This document shows positions 54,858 to 64,000 of a stretch of DNA of 64,000 bases, in pieces. Position numbers and translations under genes: made by a program. The notes beneath the pieces are model-generated. The model did no database searches, was not told the origin of the DNA, and saw only the letters and a program-made list of their open reading frames with translations. Positions within the stretch are counted from its first letter, which is position 1; each line of letters begins with the position of its first letter. Location of the stretch: sequence record NC_047995.1, one strand, 5' to 3'.

Positions 54858-57800
54858 AAATACCCTCTTGCAGCACAGGACATAGAGCCACAAGATTCTT
54901 CGCACACGGTAATCTGTGCCCACGTCCAGTAACCATTGACCTGCTGGATAGCGTATACCATAGTCGGGTCAAAGCCCCAGACCTGCGTAGCGTTTTGAAG
55001 CGCCAGCAATTCTGTTTCGAAATAACCTTCTTCGAGTGGCTTATCAATCGAACCGTGGTTAGGCGCAACAGTCCACGCTTCCACAACAGGAGCAACGACA
55101 GTGTAGGTCTTGTTGCTGTCTGCTTTACGTGACTTCCTGATCTCAACAGCAATCGGAGCACGAGAAGCAGGCTTGCCTGGAGTACGCGCAACAGGAATAA
55201 TCCTTGGTGCCTTGATTAGATCTGGTTCAAGCACATCCGTGTTAATCTGCGGTGCAGCGTGGATGAACTTGCCTTCAATCAAATGCAGATACACGGTCGG
55301 AGTATTCTGGGCATTGGCTGTAGCCATATCGACAGGAGCAGCGATCAGCTTGCGTTGTTCGAACTCACCTAGAGCAGGTCCAACTGGATATTTAACAGGA
55401 TGCTCCATCCGCTCAGGCGTGGACGGTGCATAGTGATAAACAACAGCAGGCTGCGTCCAACGTGTGAACGGAATCTCAGGCATGAACAACACAGCAGGGT
55501 GGTAGTCAGGATCGACATACTTAGCCGTCGCTGAGCCTACCTTGTACGTCAGATAGGCAGGACGGAATAGTGGACGTGCCCAACCGATATGATACACAGT
55601 AGACTGCTCGGCGTAACTTGCGTCGGACATCTTCTGCGGGAACAGACCACCATTACCGACTTGTGCAGGAGCAGCGGCATCAGCAGCAAACGCGCCCTTA
55701 GTCTCAACTTTACGCGCATCAAGAAGCGGCGTTTTGTACGTGCCTTTGATATCAAAGAAGCGGGGTCGAATCTGGTCGGACTTCGCCTTAATGCTTGTGC
55801 GATACTCAGGCTCTCTTAGGTCGAAATACTGAGGCGGTTCATCCAGGTGCTCAACGAAGTTGTTGATGAACGTATCATTGACCGTAGCCACATCAGTGAA
55901 GAAGTTTGGCCAGAACCAATCAGAGACAACGGTATCACCAACGACAGCTTCAAACAGCGGGAAGTCGGTAGCAGTATCGACAGTACCTACATCAAACCCA
56001 AACAGAGGGAACGTGTCAGTCGCTGCCCCTTCGTTCGTACCGATGAATGCAAACAGAGGCGTCGTAGTGATAACGTCTTTCTGGCCAAGCATAGGCTCAA
56101 ACAGCGGGAAGTTATCAGAGGCCAGAGCTGGCGCATCCACATGCGTGAACAGAGGGATACTGTCCATCTTGATATCCGACCCCTGAATCAAGTCGAACAT
56201 GCGGAAGTTATCCACGAAGTCCTTATGACCAGTGTCGAAATCATTCCCTTTGAAGGACTGAACTACATCACGCTCACCTGCGACAACAGTACGGACAACA
56301 GATTCGGCAATGTGTGTCGTAGCATCGCTGAAATCAAACCATTGTAGCTGAACATCAAGGTCACGATCATACACAGGCGTAAGCACGATGTTCTGGCAGG
56401 ACGCAGCTATGTAGGTCTTGGTGTCAACGACAGACACAGCATCTGTGGTAGCATTCAGATACGATTGGTCGAACATCTGAATAGCGTCAGTGCCATACGC
56501 GGTGTACGTAGGGTCGACCGTCATGTCGTACAGCCAGCCTGCTTTCGCATTACCGAACTGCAACGTGTGCGGTTGATTGTGCGAAGGTAAGCCATAGATC
56601 TTGAGCATCGTTTCTGCACACTCGAACGGACCAACTACAAGGCCCTGCTCTTTGTACACACCACGCGTATCAAGCTCTTGCACAACACGCACACCATCAA
56701 TGTCCAGCAACATGCCTGCAGGAATCGTGAAGTACGTCCAGAAGTTATCTGGGATGTTGTCGATGAAGAACGTACCGCTATCGCCCATGACGTAACGCTC
56801 GGCGCGTTTAGTCGCAGGCAATGTGCCAAGCCACTCTTTGTCTGCCCACACGTACCACTCATACGCATACTGCTCTGAACGGAACTTAACAGCGTACTGC
56901 TTGTTCTCGCTCGGCGTGAACTTAATGCTGGTGGTTGCGTTGACTGCGAGAGTGATTGTCTGCAATCCGTTTGCGAACACGGCGTCGGTGTCAGTGATAG
57001 TCAACAACAGAGGAATGGTGCCTGTGTTCTTCAACACGTCCGACTGCACTTGCTTGCCGATAGGTGCGTATGCCCAGTGACGCCCTACGTCCAACTGCGC
57101 CTCAACGATAGTGAACAGGTTGAAACTAGAACTGCCCTGCCCTACATTTACGCTGATACGTGTCGTGTCGTTGTCATGCAGAATTTCAAACCCGAGCTTC
57201 TGATTGTTGCGGAGCATAACAGGCATTGCTGTCTCTACGCCGTCCACAAAAATCTTCACACGGTCATATGCTTCTACACCGTCCACCAGCACACTGACAG
57301 GCACAGCAACGTTGATACCGCTGATCGTAACGTCTTCGGTGCGGTTCCAAGTATCGTTTTCAATACCCAGAACGTTCTGCCACGAGAAAGCATTAGGCGT
57401 GTCGTCAGCTTTCATCTCAAACTGGTAAACAGTATGACCGATTGTGATCGGGAACGATGTGCTGGTGATATACGCGTGACTTAATGTAATCGTGACTTCT
57501 TGGCCGTCGTATACCTTTGTGACAGGGACGGTTGTGACAGTCGTAACTTCTTTGCCGTCTACGATATCAGTCGTGGTAACGTCAATCGTGGCAGATACTG
57601 TAACGCCGTCAGGAGCCGTGATAGGCAGAGGGATATCTGGGTCACCTGCATCCACAAGCACCTTGAACTTGACGACAGGTCCGAGTTCGACAGCGTTCAA
57701 GTCAGGCCATACGATATCGTAGTTACGAATAGCCAGGTGCTTCAAACCAGTAGTCGGTCGCGCTGCATAATAGAACAGGCGGTCATACGTGTCGGCTTGT

Positions 57801-59032
57801 GTGTACGGAGGCGTTATGAGTTCGACGTAAGGCCAGTTCGACCGTGTTTGCGTAGGAGCATCAGTCGAGGCGAAGTTGAACAGAGCGTTGGATCCGTTCG
57901 TGTCCATACCAGCAACGAGCTTGCCGCCTTTGTTCGTCCACGCAGCAGTCGTGTTGAATACCACGAGGTCATTAGCCACAAGAGGACGCGCCGCCACGTT
58001 CTGCACGTTATCACGAATGTTGAACTGGTAGATGTTTGTACCGTCATGACCAAGCACTAACAGCGAGCTAGGCACGAACTGATACCAGAAGACAGAGGCA
58101 GGAGCCGCAGCAGTGTTACCGCCCACCAGCTTACCGTCTAATGTTGACAGCACATCATAACTGTCAGAGCCGTTAACGTAGAACTGATCAGACTTGACCG
58201 AAGTCTCCACGAAACTCACATTCAAGTAATGCGCACGGCCGTCTTGGTCGAAAGCCACATAGCTATCAACGGTGTTTGTACCAACGCCAGCACGACGACA
58301 GATAACACGGTTAACCGCGTACCCCAATTGCTTAGGCTCACCGTACTGCGTCATCGCTTCATCAAGAACATCGATCTGGCCTGACGTATGGAAGACGACA
58401 GCACTGCGTTTATTGTTCGTGTCGTAACTGACTTTATAGCCTGCGATATCAACGCCTTCCATGCTGCCGAACACTTTCGTATTCGAAGCATCACCATCAG
58501 TGTGGATGTAATAGAGAACTCGCGCCTGACGGTCATAAACGATTGAAACAGGTTTGGTTAAATCGAAGAACGTACTTTCAAAGTCCGAGAACTTCGCTAC
58601 ACTACTTTGCTGCATGTCCTGCGTGGTAGGGATGCGTACACCTCCACCGAGAACAAGACCACCATAGGTAGGATTGAGCGCAGCGCCCAGAGGCATTGCG
58701 TCCATACCCTTTGTGACAAGACGATAGTCCAGCTCTTTCGTTTGCGGCCGAACGAAGATGCGAGACAGTGAATGCACCAGCACCCACAGATCACCGTCAA
58801 GGTAATACAGCAGAACAGGTTGCGTAGCAGCGGCAGAGACCGTGACTGTAGCCATGAGACTAACAGCATAGTCAGAACCAGAACTCGGCGTGATATCTTT
58901 CTCTGTGGAAGCATCTGCAAACGTACCGCCAACAACACGGAACTTGAGTGCCTCAGTGTGACCAGCAGCGGTGACGCTACCAGACCACGACTGCGCACCT
59001 GTAGCAGATACGACAGGAATCATTTCAGCCAT
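54845..59032 (-). CDS. Large virion/fibre protein (1395 aa)
   Basis: Beta-rich multidomain protein (DDTPNAFSW..VTISGINVAVPV), internal PLF repeats, Pro-rich stalk, Cys-rich C-terminus. Confidence 0.6.
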   Translation of the reverse strand: MAEMIPVVSATGAQSWSGSVTAAGHTEALKFRVVGGTFADASTEKDITPSSGSDYAVSLMATVTVSAAATQPVLLYYLDGDLWVLVHSLSRIFVRPQTKELDYRLVTKGMDAMPLGAALNPTYGGLVLGGGVRIPTTQDMQQSSVAKFSDFESTFFDLTKPVSIVYDRQARVLYYIHTDGDASNTKVFGSMEGVDIAGYKVSYDTNNKRSAVVFHTSGQIDVLDEAMTQYGEPKQLGYAVNRVICRRAGVGTNTVDSYVAFDQDGRAHYLNVSFVETSVKSDQFYVNGSDSYDVLSTLDGKLVGGNTAAAPASVFWYQFVPSSLLVLGHDGTNIYQFNIRDNVQNVAARPLVANDLVVFNTTAAWTNKGGKLVAGMDTNGSNALFNFASTDAPTQTRSNWPYVELITPPYTQADTYDRLFYYAARPTTGLKHLAIRNYDIVWPDLNAVELGPVVKFKVLVDAGDPDIPLPITAPDGVTVSATIDVTTTDIVDGKEVTTVTTVPVTKVYDGQEVTITLSHAYITSTSFPITIGHTVYQFEMKADDTPNAFSWQNVLGIENDTWNRTEDVTISGINVAVPVSVLVDGVEAYDRVKIFVDGVETAMPVMLRNNQKLGFEILHDNDTTRISVNVGQGSSSFNLFTIVEAQLDVGRHWAYAPIGKQVQSDVLKNTGTIPLLLTITDTDAVFANGLQTITLAVNATTSIKFTPSENKQYAVKFRSEQYAYEWYVWADKEWLGTLPATKRAERYVMGDSGTFFIDNIPDNFWTYFTIPAGMLLDIDGVRVVQELDTRGVYKEQGLVVGPFECAETMLKIYGLPSHNQPHTLQFGNAKAGWLYDMTVDPTYTAYGTDAIQMFDQSYLNATTDAVSVVDTKTYIAASCQNIVLTPVYDRDLDVQLQWFDFSDATTHIAESVVRTVVAGERDVVQSFKGNDFDTGHKDFVDNFRMFDLIQGSDIKMDSIPLFTHVDAPALASDNFPLFEPMLGQKDVITTTPLFAFIGTNEGAATDTFPLFGFDVGTVDTATDFPLFEAVVGDTVVSDWFWPNFFTDVATVNDTFINNFVEHLDEPPQYFDLREPEYRTSIKAKSDQIRPRFFDIKGTYKTPLLDARKVETKGAFAADAAAPAQVGNGGLFPQKMSDASYAEQSTVYHIGWARPLFRPAYLTYKVGSATAKYVDPDYHPAVLFMPEIPFTRWTQPAVVYHYAPSTPERMEHPVKYPVGPALGEFEQRKLIAAPVDMATANAQNTPTVYLHLIEGKFIHAAPQINTDVLEPDLIKAPRIIPVARTPGKPASRAPIAVEIRKSRKADSNKTYTVVAPVVEAWTVAPNHGSIDKPLEEGYFETELLALQNATQVWGFDPTMVYAIQQVNGYWTWAQITVCEESCGSMSCAARGYLSGG

Positions 59033-59056
59033 TGTTCACCTCACGATGTAGAAACG

Positions 59057-59080
59057 AAAAAGGGCGGCCGAAGCCACCCT
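59057..59080 (-). terminator. Intrinsic terminator
   Basis: GGGTGGC-TTCG-GCCGCCC-TTTTT on the minus strand. Confidence 0.9.
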
Positions 59081-59093
59081 GTGAGGAATAGGC

Positions 59094-60275
59094 TTAGCCG
59101 CCTGATACTTCTGGTGCTTTGTAGCCCTGCAGGAAGAATACGCGCATACCAGTGTTGTTCGGACTGTTAGCAGTCAGAGCTTTGTAGGTACGTTTCTTCG
59201 GAGTGCTGCCGTCGTCTTCCATTTCGTTGTACACTTGCACGTCGATCAGGGTACCGTTGGAGATAACGTCAGCAGACGCATAACCCACGATATCCATTTC
59301 ATACGGATAGCTGTAGCGCTGGGTGTTGAAGCCAGCAGGGAGACGGAAGTCGAAGTGGTTATCTTCGGAGAACGGCACCATCTGGTACGGGTTAATAACC
59401 GCGTAGCTATCAGCACTGTGAACGTGCGCAGGTACTGGTTGAGTTGGTGCGTTCACATCAGCCTCACGCACTGTGAAGCGCATGATCTGGAACGAGCCAG
59501 GGCTGAACGATGCTGGACGAACTTCCAGGTCGTTGTTGATAGAGCCGCCGCCGTTAACAGAGAACATGCAGAACAGAGGTGCTTTACCATCAACCACAAC
59601 AGTACCATCAGAGTTGATAGCACGTTGAACAACCAGCCACGCTGCGCGACAACCATCAGAGTCACGACCTTCAACACCGATATGCAGCGCGAAGCCGTGG
59701 TCAGTGAAGGACAGGTGATACGTGAACGGAGTCGCTTCCGGGTCAGCCCAAATCAGGCTGTCTGGGTTTGCAGTACCAGCAGTGTTGTTCGTGGCATTGG
59801 TAGGATAGTTCATCGTACCGCCGTAGTACACGCTGTTGCTTGGACCCGCGATGCCGCGATGGTAGAAGCATACGTCAGTGTCGCCTACAACACCACCCGT
59901 AGTGCCTGCGAAGCGAGCACCAATCTGACCGGAGTATTCAGGGATACCGCTGGAACTGACCGCAGAAGAACCAGTCTTAGAGATGGTGCCCGTGTCAGAG
60001 ATCTGCTCAGGTGCTGCGCAGTACAGGTTGGTACGTTTGTCAGTACCTTTCATGGCTAAACGCCAGCGCTGCTTACCAGCACCCGTGCCCGCCAGTGGGT
60101 CGATGGTATCAGTCGCTTCAACAACGAAAGACGCCAGGTCAGTCGAAGGGATCTCACCCGCGATGGTACCGTTGTAGCTCACCAGCTGGAAGCCGTTGTC
60201 CAGCATATCCTGCAGGATAGCTTTCCACATTTTCAGGTTGCTGGTGAAGCCAGATTTCACAATCAGTTTGTTCAT
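59094..60275 (-). CDS. Virion structural protein, paralogue of 60295..61281 (393 aa)
   Basis: Shared NGFQLV/AGFELV, HGFALHI/HGIALHI, WLVVQR/WFVAQR, PLFCMFS/PLFCIFS, GYASADVIS/GYTSADVLS. Confidence 0.75.
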   Translation of the reverse strand: MNKLIVKSGFTSNLKMWKAILQDMLDNGFQLVSYNGTIAGEIPSTDLASFVVEATDTIDPLAGTGAGKQRWRLAMKGTDKRTNLYCAAPEQISDTGTISKTGSSAVSSSGIPEYSGQIGARFAGTTGGVVGDTDVCFYHRGIAGPSNSVYYGGTMNYPTNATNNTAGTANPDSLIWADPEATPFTYHLSFTDHGFALHIGVEGRDSDGCRAAWLVVQRAINSDGTVVVDGKAPLFCMFSVNGGGSINNDLEVRPASFSPGSFQIMRFTVREADVNAPTQPVPAHVHSADSYAVINPYQMVPFSEDNHFDFRLPAGFNTQRYSYPYEMDIVGYASADVISNGTLIDVQVYNEMEDDGSTPKKRTYKALTANSPNNTGMRVFFLQGYKAPEVSGG

Positions 60276-60294
60276 GAGTCGTTATCCCTTAAGA

Positions 60295-61281
60295 TTAAGC
60301 CGCATCACCAGTGCCGACAGGAAGCATCAAACGCATACCACGGTTGTCTTTACCGTTAGCGTTCATGCCCAGATACTTAGTTTTGTTGGTCGCGTTCAGC
60401 GGGTTCAACTGAATCTCTGAACCAGCAGACAGGACGTCCGCAGAGGTATAGCCCAGCATGTCCAGTGTAGCGAAGTACACATAACGCTGGGTGTTGATCA
60501 TCTGTGGGAACAGGACGATCGCACGGTTACCTTCTGCAATCATAACCTGCTGGAGCGGGTTGATGATTGGTGCTGCGTCAGGGCTTGCCTGTACAGCAGA
60601 CAGAGGAACAGTCGCAGAGTAGATACCTGTTTCGATAACAGTGTAACGCTGAACAGCTTCTGGCTTGATGGTGTCAGGGTCGCCGGCCAGACCACCACCG
60701 CATGAGAAGATGCAGAACAGTGGGCTGTGATCACCAGGCGTAGTATCACCAGCCTGTACTCCACGCTGCGCAACGAACCAACTGAACGCGGTGCCAGTGT
60801 TGTCGAAGCCTTCTGCGTTGATATGCAGTGCGATACCGTGGTCGGTAGTGATGAAGTCATACGTCAGTGGGTACGCAGACAGGTCGGCAGTTGCATCCAT
60901 CTTCCAGTCAGCAACCAGATCGATGAATGAGTTTGCAATCTGACCGCCTTTAGACAGGCGACCGATCTCAACAGTTGCAGAGCGCTTAGCCGCAGCGTAG
61001 TCAGTCTCGCTCACCTGAATGTCAGGCAGAATGTTGATTGCCAGAGTTTTGGCGTCGTTATCTGCTTTGAACAGGATGCCCCATTGCTGGGTAGCAAACA
61101 GTGGGTCCACTGAGTCAGAAGCCAACAGGTAAAATGCTTTACCGTCAGGTTTAATCTGAGTACCAGCGACACCATCGACAGCGACAAGTTCAAAACCTGC
61201 CGCAACCATTTTCGTCACCAGGTCACGGGTCAGTGCTTCCAGACCAATGAGCTTAGTGGCGTTTACACGTTGAATAGCCAT
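60295..61281 (-). CDS. Virion structural protein, paralogue of 59094..60275 (328 aa)
   Basis: Same shared motifs; codon bias similar to capsid and sheath. Confidence 0.75.
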   Translation of the reverse strand: MAIQRVNATKLIGLEALTRDLVTKMVAAGFELVAVDGVAGTQIKPDGKAFYLLASDSVDPLFATQQWGILFKADNDAKTLAINILPDIQVSETDYAAAKRSATVEIGRLSKGGQIANSFIDLVADWKMDATADLSAYPLTYDFITTDHGIALHINAEGFDNTGTAFSWFVAQRGVQAGDTTPGDHSPLFCIFSCGGGLAGDPDTIKPEAVQRYTVIETGIYSATVPLSAVQASPDAAPIINPLQQVMIAEGNRAIVLFPQMINTQRYVYFATLDMLGYTSADVLSAGSEIQLNPLNATNKTKYLGMNANGKDNRGMRLMLPVGTGDAA

Positions 61282-61288
61282 ATGTCAA

Positions 61289-62074
61289 TCACTCCATTAC
61301 CAGATAGGTTACAGTGAGTTTCGGTTTCGACGGCGACGTTCCGATATTCCTCATACGCCATGCAATCGCAGGCGTGTTGTCCTTGTTGGACAGGAAGCTA
61401 TATCGGCGCAGCTTGCGTATAACAGGATTACCCTCGCTATCCACATCTGAAAACACGCCATCATCTTCAAGAAAATTAGCAGTGGAGCGGAATAAATACG
61501 GGTTTCTGTCATCTCGTTGCGCAGTAGGGAACGCAGAGAGTTCAATGTCAAAGGCATTGAGCTTGACCGAAAGCAGCATCACCGTCTTGTTCATCTGCAA
61601 GTCAAAATCAACCTGCTGACCAGGGGTAATGTACGCAGGAGATTCATACTCCACAGTCTTACGCACACCAGCACTTTCATTACCACTAAGGTCTGCCCAG
61701 AACATCGTACCGTTAGCACCAGATACGAGGGTCATACCCGCATATTCAGGCTCAGGCACTTGTTTGCTTGGGTCGAGGCCTACAACAGTCAAACCTGTTT
61801 CATCCACAGCAGTAACGAAAGGCGATTCAAACTTATAGTTCGAACCACCGAATTTCGCTTCTTCCCACGTCACGTTGTCAGCACCAAGTTGATACATCTT
61901 CTTGGTCTCGGTGACGTAACACAACATCCCAGGCTTTTTATTACCTACGGACATTGTGTCACGTTCCGTCATTGTGGCTACGCAACGCATACCTCCACGA
62001 AGATATTTATCCTCGAGGAGGTATGGAAGTGCTGCGGATGCTGGCAACAGGAACGAAGTCATGTATACCGGCAT
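61289..62074 (-). CDS. Fibre-associated protein (261 aa)
   Basis: N-terminal LRGGMRCVATMTERD..KKPGMLCYV.ETKKMYQL, a motif I associate with phage fibre proteins. Confidence 0.6.
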   Translation of the reverse strand: MPVYMTSFLLPASAALPYLLEDKYLRGGMRCVATMTERDTMSVGNKKPGMLCYVTETKKMYQLGADNVTWEEAKFGGSNYKFESPFVTAVDETGLTVVGLDPSKQVPEPEYAGMTLVSGANGTMFWADLSGNESAGVRKTVEYESPAYITPGQQVDFDLQMNKTVMLLSVKLNAFDIELSAFPTAQRDDRNPYLFRSTANFLEDDGVFSDVDSEGNPVIRKLRRYSFLSNKDNTPAIAWRMRNIGTSPSKPKLTVTYLVME

Positions 62075-62084
62075 CTCTTTCTCC

Positions 62085-64000
62085 TTACGCGATACCTGAA
62101 CTTGGGTTCGATGAACCGTAGGTCAGTTTAAACGTATACGCCAGGTTATCGAACGGGAAGTCGTTACGGTAGATAACGTAATCGACACCATTGATAGTCA
62201 CTTCGGCAGGACCAGCAAAGTTGAAGTCATCGAACTCCAACGCACCATCCCATGAACCAGCGAAGCCTTGTGCGGATTCGACGAAGTAACCATAGCCGAG
62301 AGACTTAGGCCACGCGACGTAGAAGTACACGCCGTTCGAACTCGTACTGGTATTCGCAGGACAGTTCAGGAGTTGCTCACCTGTCTGAGTTAGCGCAGTT
62401 TGCAGACCTGCAACGAATGCAGCGTCATAGCCAGACACAGCGCGAATCTTAGTGTGCGAACCGAAGCGAGCACCCAGAGTAGCAACCTGTTCTGGTTTCA
62501 GCGTAACATCTTTCGTTGCAGTGACAGTCTTACCGTTCAGAACAAACGACACGGTGATTGTCACAACGGCGTCAGCAGTAACCTTGTTAGACTTCAAGGA
62601 GCCGCCTACAACACTCAGGCCGGTCACAGTACCAGACTTCACAGCTACCGACCACGTTGTACCGCTGTTCGCAGTCACGTCAGGTGTAGTACCATCAGAC
62701 AGAGTTGCCGTTGCAGTGTATGCAGTGGTCACGCCGCCGATGATTGAAGCAGGTCCAGTGATGGTCACAGAGTCAGGCGTTGGTGGAGCTGGCGTGTTCG
62801 TTACAGTCAACGTTGCCGATTGAGACACGCTGTTGTACGAAGCAGTACCAGTGATGACCGCAGTCTGCACAGTGCTCACAGTGTTACCTGTGATGGTGTT
62901 GTTATTGTTGAACGTGAAGCCTGTAGAAGAACCAGAGCTACGCGTAACAACAGGCGTCAGGTCTACCGTGCCGCCACCAGAGAACGTCAGGCGAAGAATG
63001 TACGTACCAGTCTCACCTTTGTTCACAGCAGTAGGACCAATCAGTTCGCGCTTGGTGATTGTTTCCGCGCTATTGATGATCTGCACAACCTTCTCAGGTG
63101 CGTAGGTCTTACCGTCAATAACAACGTTAGCAGCACGAAGCGTTGCTGTCTGGTTCTGCGTGATGGAGTTCGGCTGCGAGGTCAGCTTGGTGCGCGAAGC
63201 CAGAGTACCAGGAGTCAGCGTAACGTAGGCCGCGCCTTGAGGCAGTGACCACGTAGGAGCATTGCCGTATTCGGCAACAGCACCAGACATACGCGTGTAG
63301 CTAACCCAGTAGTCACCAGTCACAGTACCTTCAGGCATTGAATCAGGCCCTAAGATCTCAACCGTGCTCACTTCATCAGTAGGACCAGTCACAGTGAACT
63401 GTACGCTACCAGTCTTGTTCACGCTGCCTACAGTAGCAACAACGTTAAGCTGGAAGGTCAGCAAACCGAAGAAGCCATTGAGTGTTTTCTTGGTGCGAAT
63501 GCGCCAGCCAGTAGTTCCACCAGCAACAATCTCAAAGTATTCCTGAGCGTTGGCGGAAAGCGTATAGCTGAGTTCACCACTTGTACCCTCACGAGTAGAA
63601 GAATCGGAGAACGTCAAGGTGCTATGCAGGTCGCGGGTTACCGCAGCCGCTGTACCAAAGTCAAACACAGGTGCTGGCGCCAGAGGCTGTACGCTCAACA
63701 ATGAGATGACGATGATGTTCTTGACCAGCACAGACTTCTGCGCGTTGCGTCCATCGTAGGCTGCACGAATCAGAACAGTTGTGTCCTGAGTTACTTCCCC
63801 AGCAGACAGTACACCAGTTTGAGCAATGCTCGCAATCGCGCTGCCCTGAATAACAGACCACGTAGGGTTCGTTACCTGTCGCTCTGAACCATTAGAGAGA
63901 ATCTCCCACGCAGTATAGGTCTGCACGGTGTTTTCATTCATCTGGTCAGCACCACGAACTTCCAGTGAAGTCACAACCGGCGGGTTACCGACGATGGTTA
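62085..64000 (-). CDS. Ig-like repeat fibre/whisker protein, 5' end outside the window (more than 637 aa)
   Basis: Frame stays open to 64000 (..TIVGNPPVVTSL); repeated (V/I)-x-I-x-GP..G..Y..TW Ig-like units; C-terminal domain shared with 14673. Confidence 0.75.
   Translation of the reverse strand, partial: TIVGNPPVVTSLEVRGADQMNENTVQTYTAWEILSNGSERQVTNPTWSVIQGSAIASIAQTGVLSAGEVTQDTTVLIRAAYDGRNAQKSVLVKNIIVISLLSVQPLAPAPVFDFGTAAAVTRDLHSTLTFSDSSTREGTSGELSYTLSANAQEYFEIVAGGTTGWRIRTKKTLNGFFGLLTFQLNVVATVGSVNKTGSVQFTVTGPTDEVSTVEILGPDSMPEGTVTGDYWVSYTRMSGAVAEYGNAPTWSLPQGAAYVTLTPGTLASRTKLTSQPNSITQNQTATLRAANVVIDGKTYAPEKVVQIINSAETITKRELIGPTAVNKGETGTYILRLTFSGGGTVDLTPVVTRSSGSSTGFTFNNNNTITGNTVSTVQTAVITGTASYNSVSQSATLTVTNTPAPPTPDSVTITGPASIIGGVTTAYTATATLSDGTTPDVTANSGTTWSVAVKSGTVTGLSVVGGSLKSNKVTADAVVTITVSFVLNGKTVTATKDVTLKPEQVATLGARFGSHTKIRAVSGYDAAFVAGLQTALTQTGEQLLNCPANTSTSSNGVYFYVAWPKSLGYGYFVESAQGFAGSWDGALEFDDFNFAGPAEVTINGVDYVIYRNDFPFDNLAYTFKLTYGSSNPSSGIA

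Overview
This window is 64 kb of a large (jumbo-type) contractile-tailed bacteriophage genome, about 50% GC. Every credible gene lies on the minus strand. It is mostly the late/virion region. In transcription order (right to left) it holds: Ig-domain fibres and paired structural paralogues; an NAD-dependent DNA ligase; a GT2-TPR glycosyltransferase; the head module (prohead protease, HExxH protein, acidic scaffold, decoration protein, major capsid protein); tail terminator, sheath and two tubes; gp26-like chaperones; a tape-measure protein with a muramidase domain; baseplate hub and spike; a small Nudix/MmcB/dTMP-kinase island; PAAR and wedge genes; four collagen-like fibres (one ending in a Hint domain); lectin-like proteins; and a secreted periplasmic-binding-protein-like gene with small membrane proteins. 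The gene set resembles my recollection of the 'hairy' Y3/JA-like enterobacterial jumbo myoviruses; this is inference, not a database result. The strongest unexplained signal is an ORF-poor region of about 1.23 kb (21458-22685) that is densely self-complementary and closed by an intrinsic terminator. It contains a duplicated stem-enclosed motif, a candidate pseudoknot and a hairpin-occluded 52-codon hydrophobic ORF, and is a candidate giant phage ncRNA. The second signal is a possible post-translationally processed fibre system: four collagen chains with a Cys in identical register, an intact Hint domain, and a GT2-TPR enzyme that could glycosylate Gly-Pro-Thr repeats. Also seen: a putative late-promoter octamer (GCTAATTT) and a recurring S-x-S motif in head proteins. 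No tRNA, rRNA, CRISPR array, portal, terminase or endolysin was recognised. All functional calls come from motif recognition by eye.
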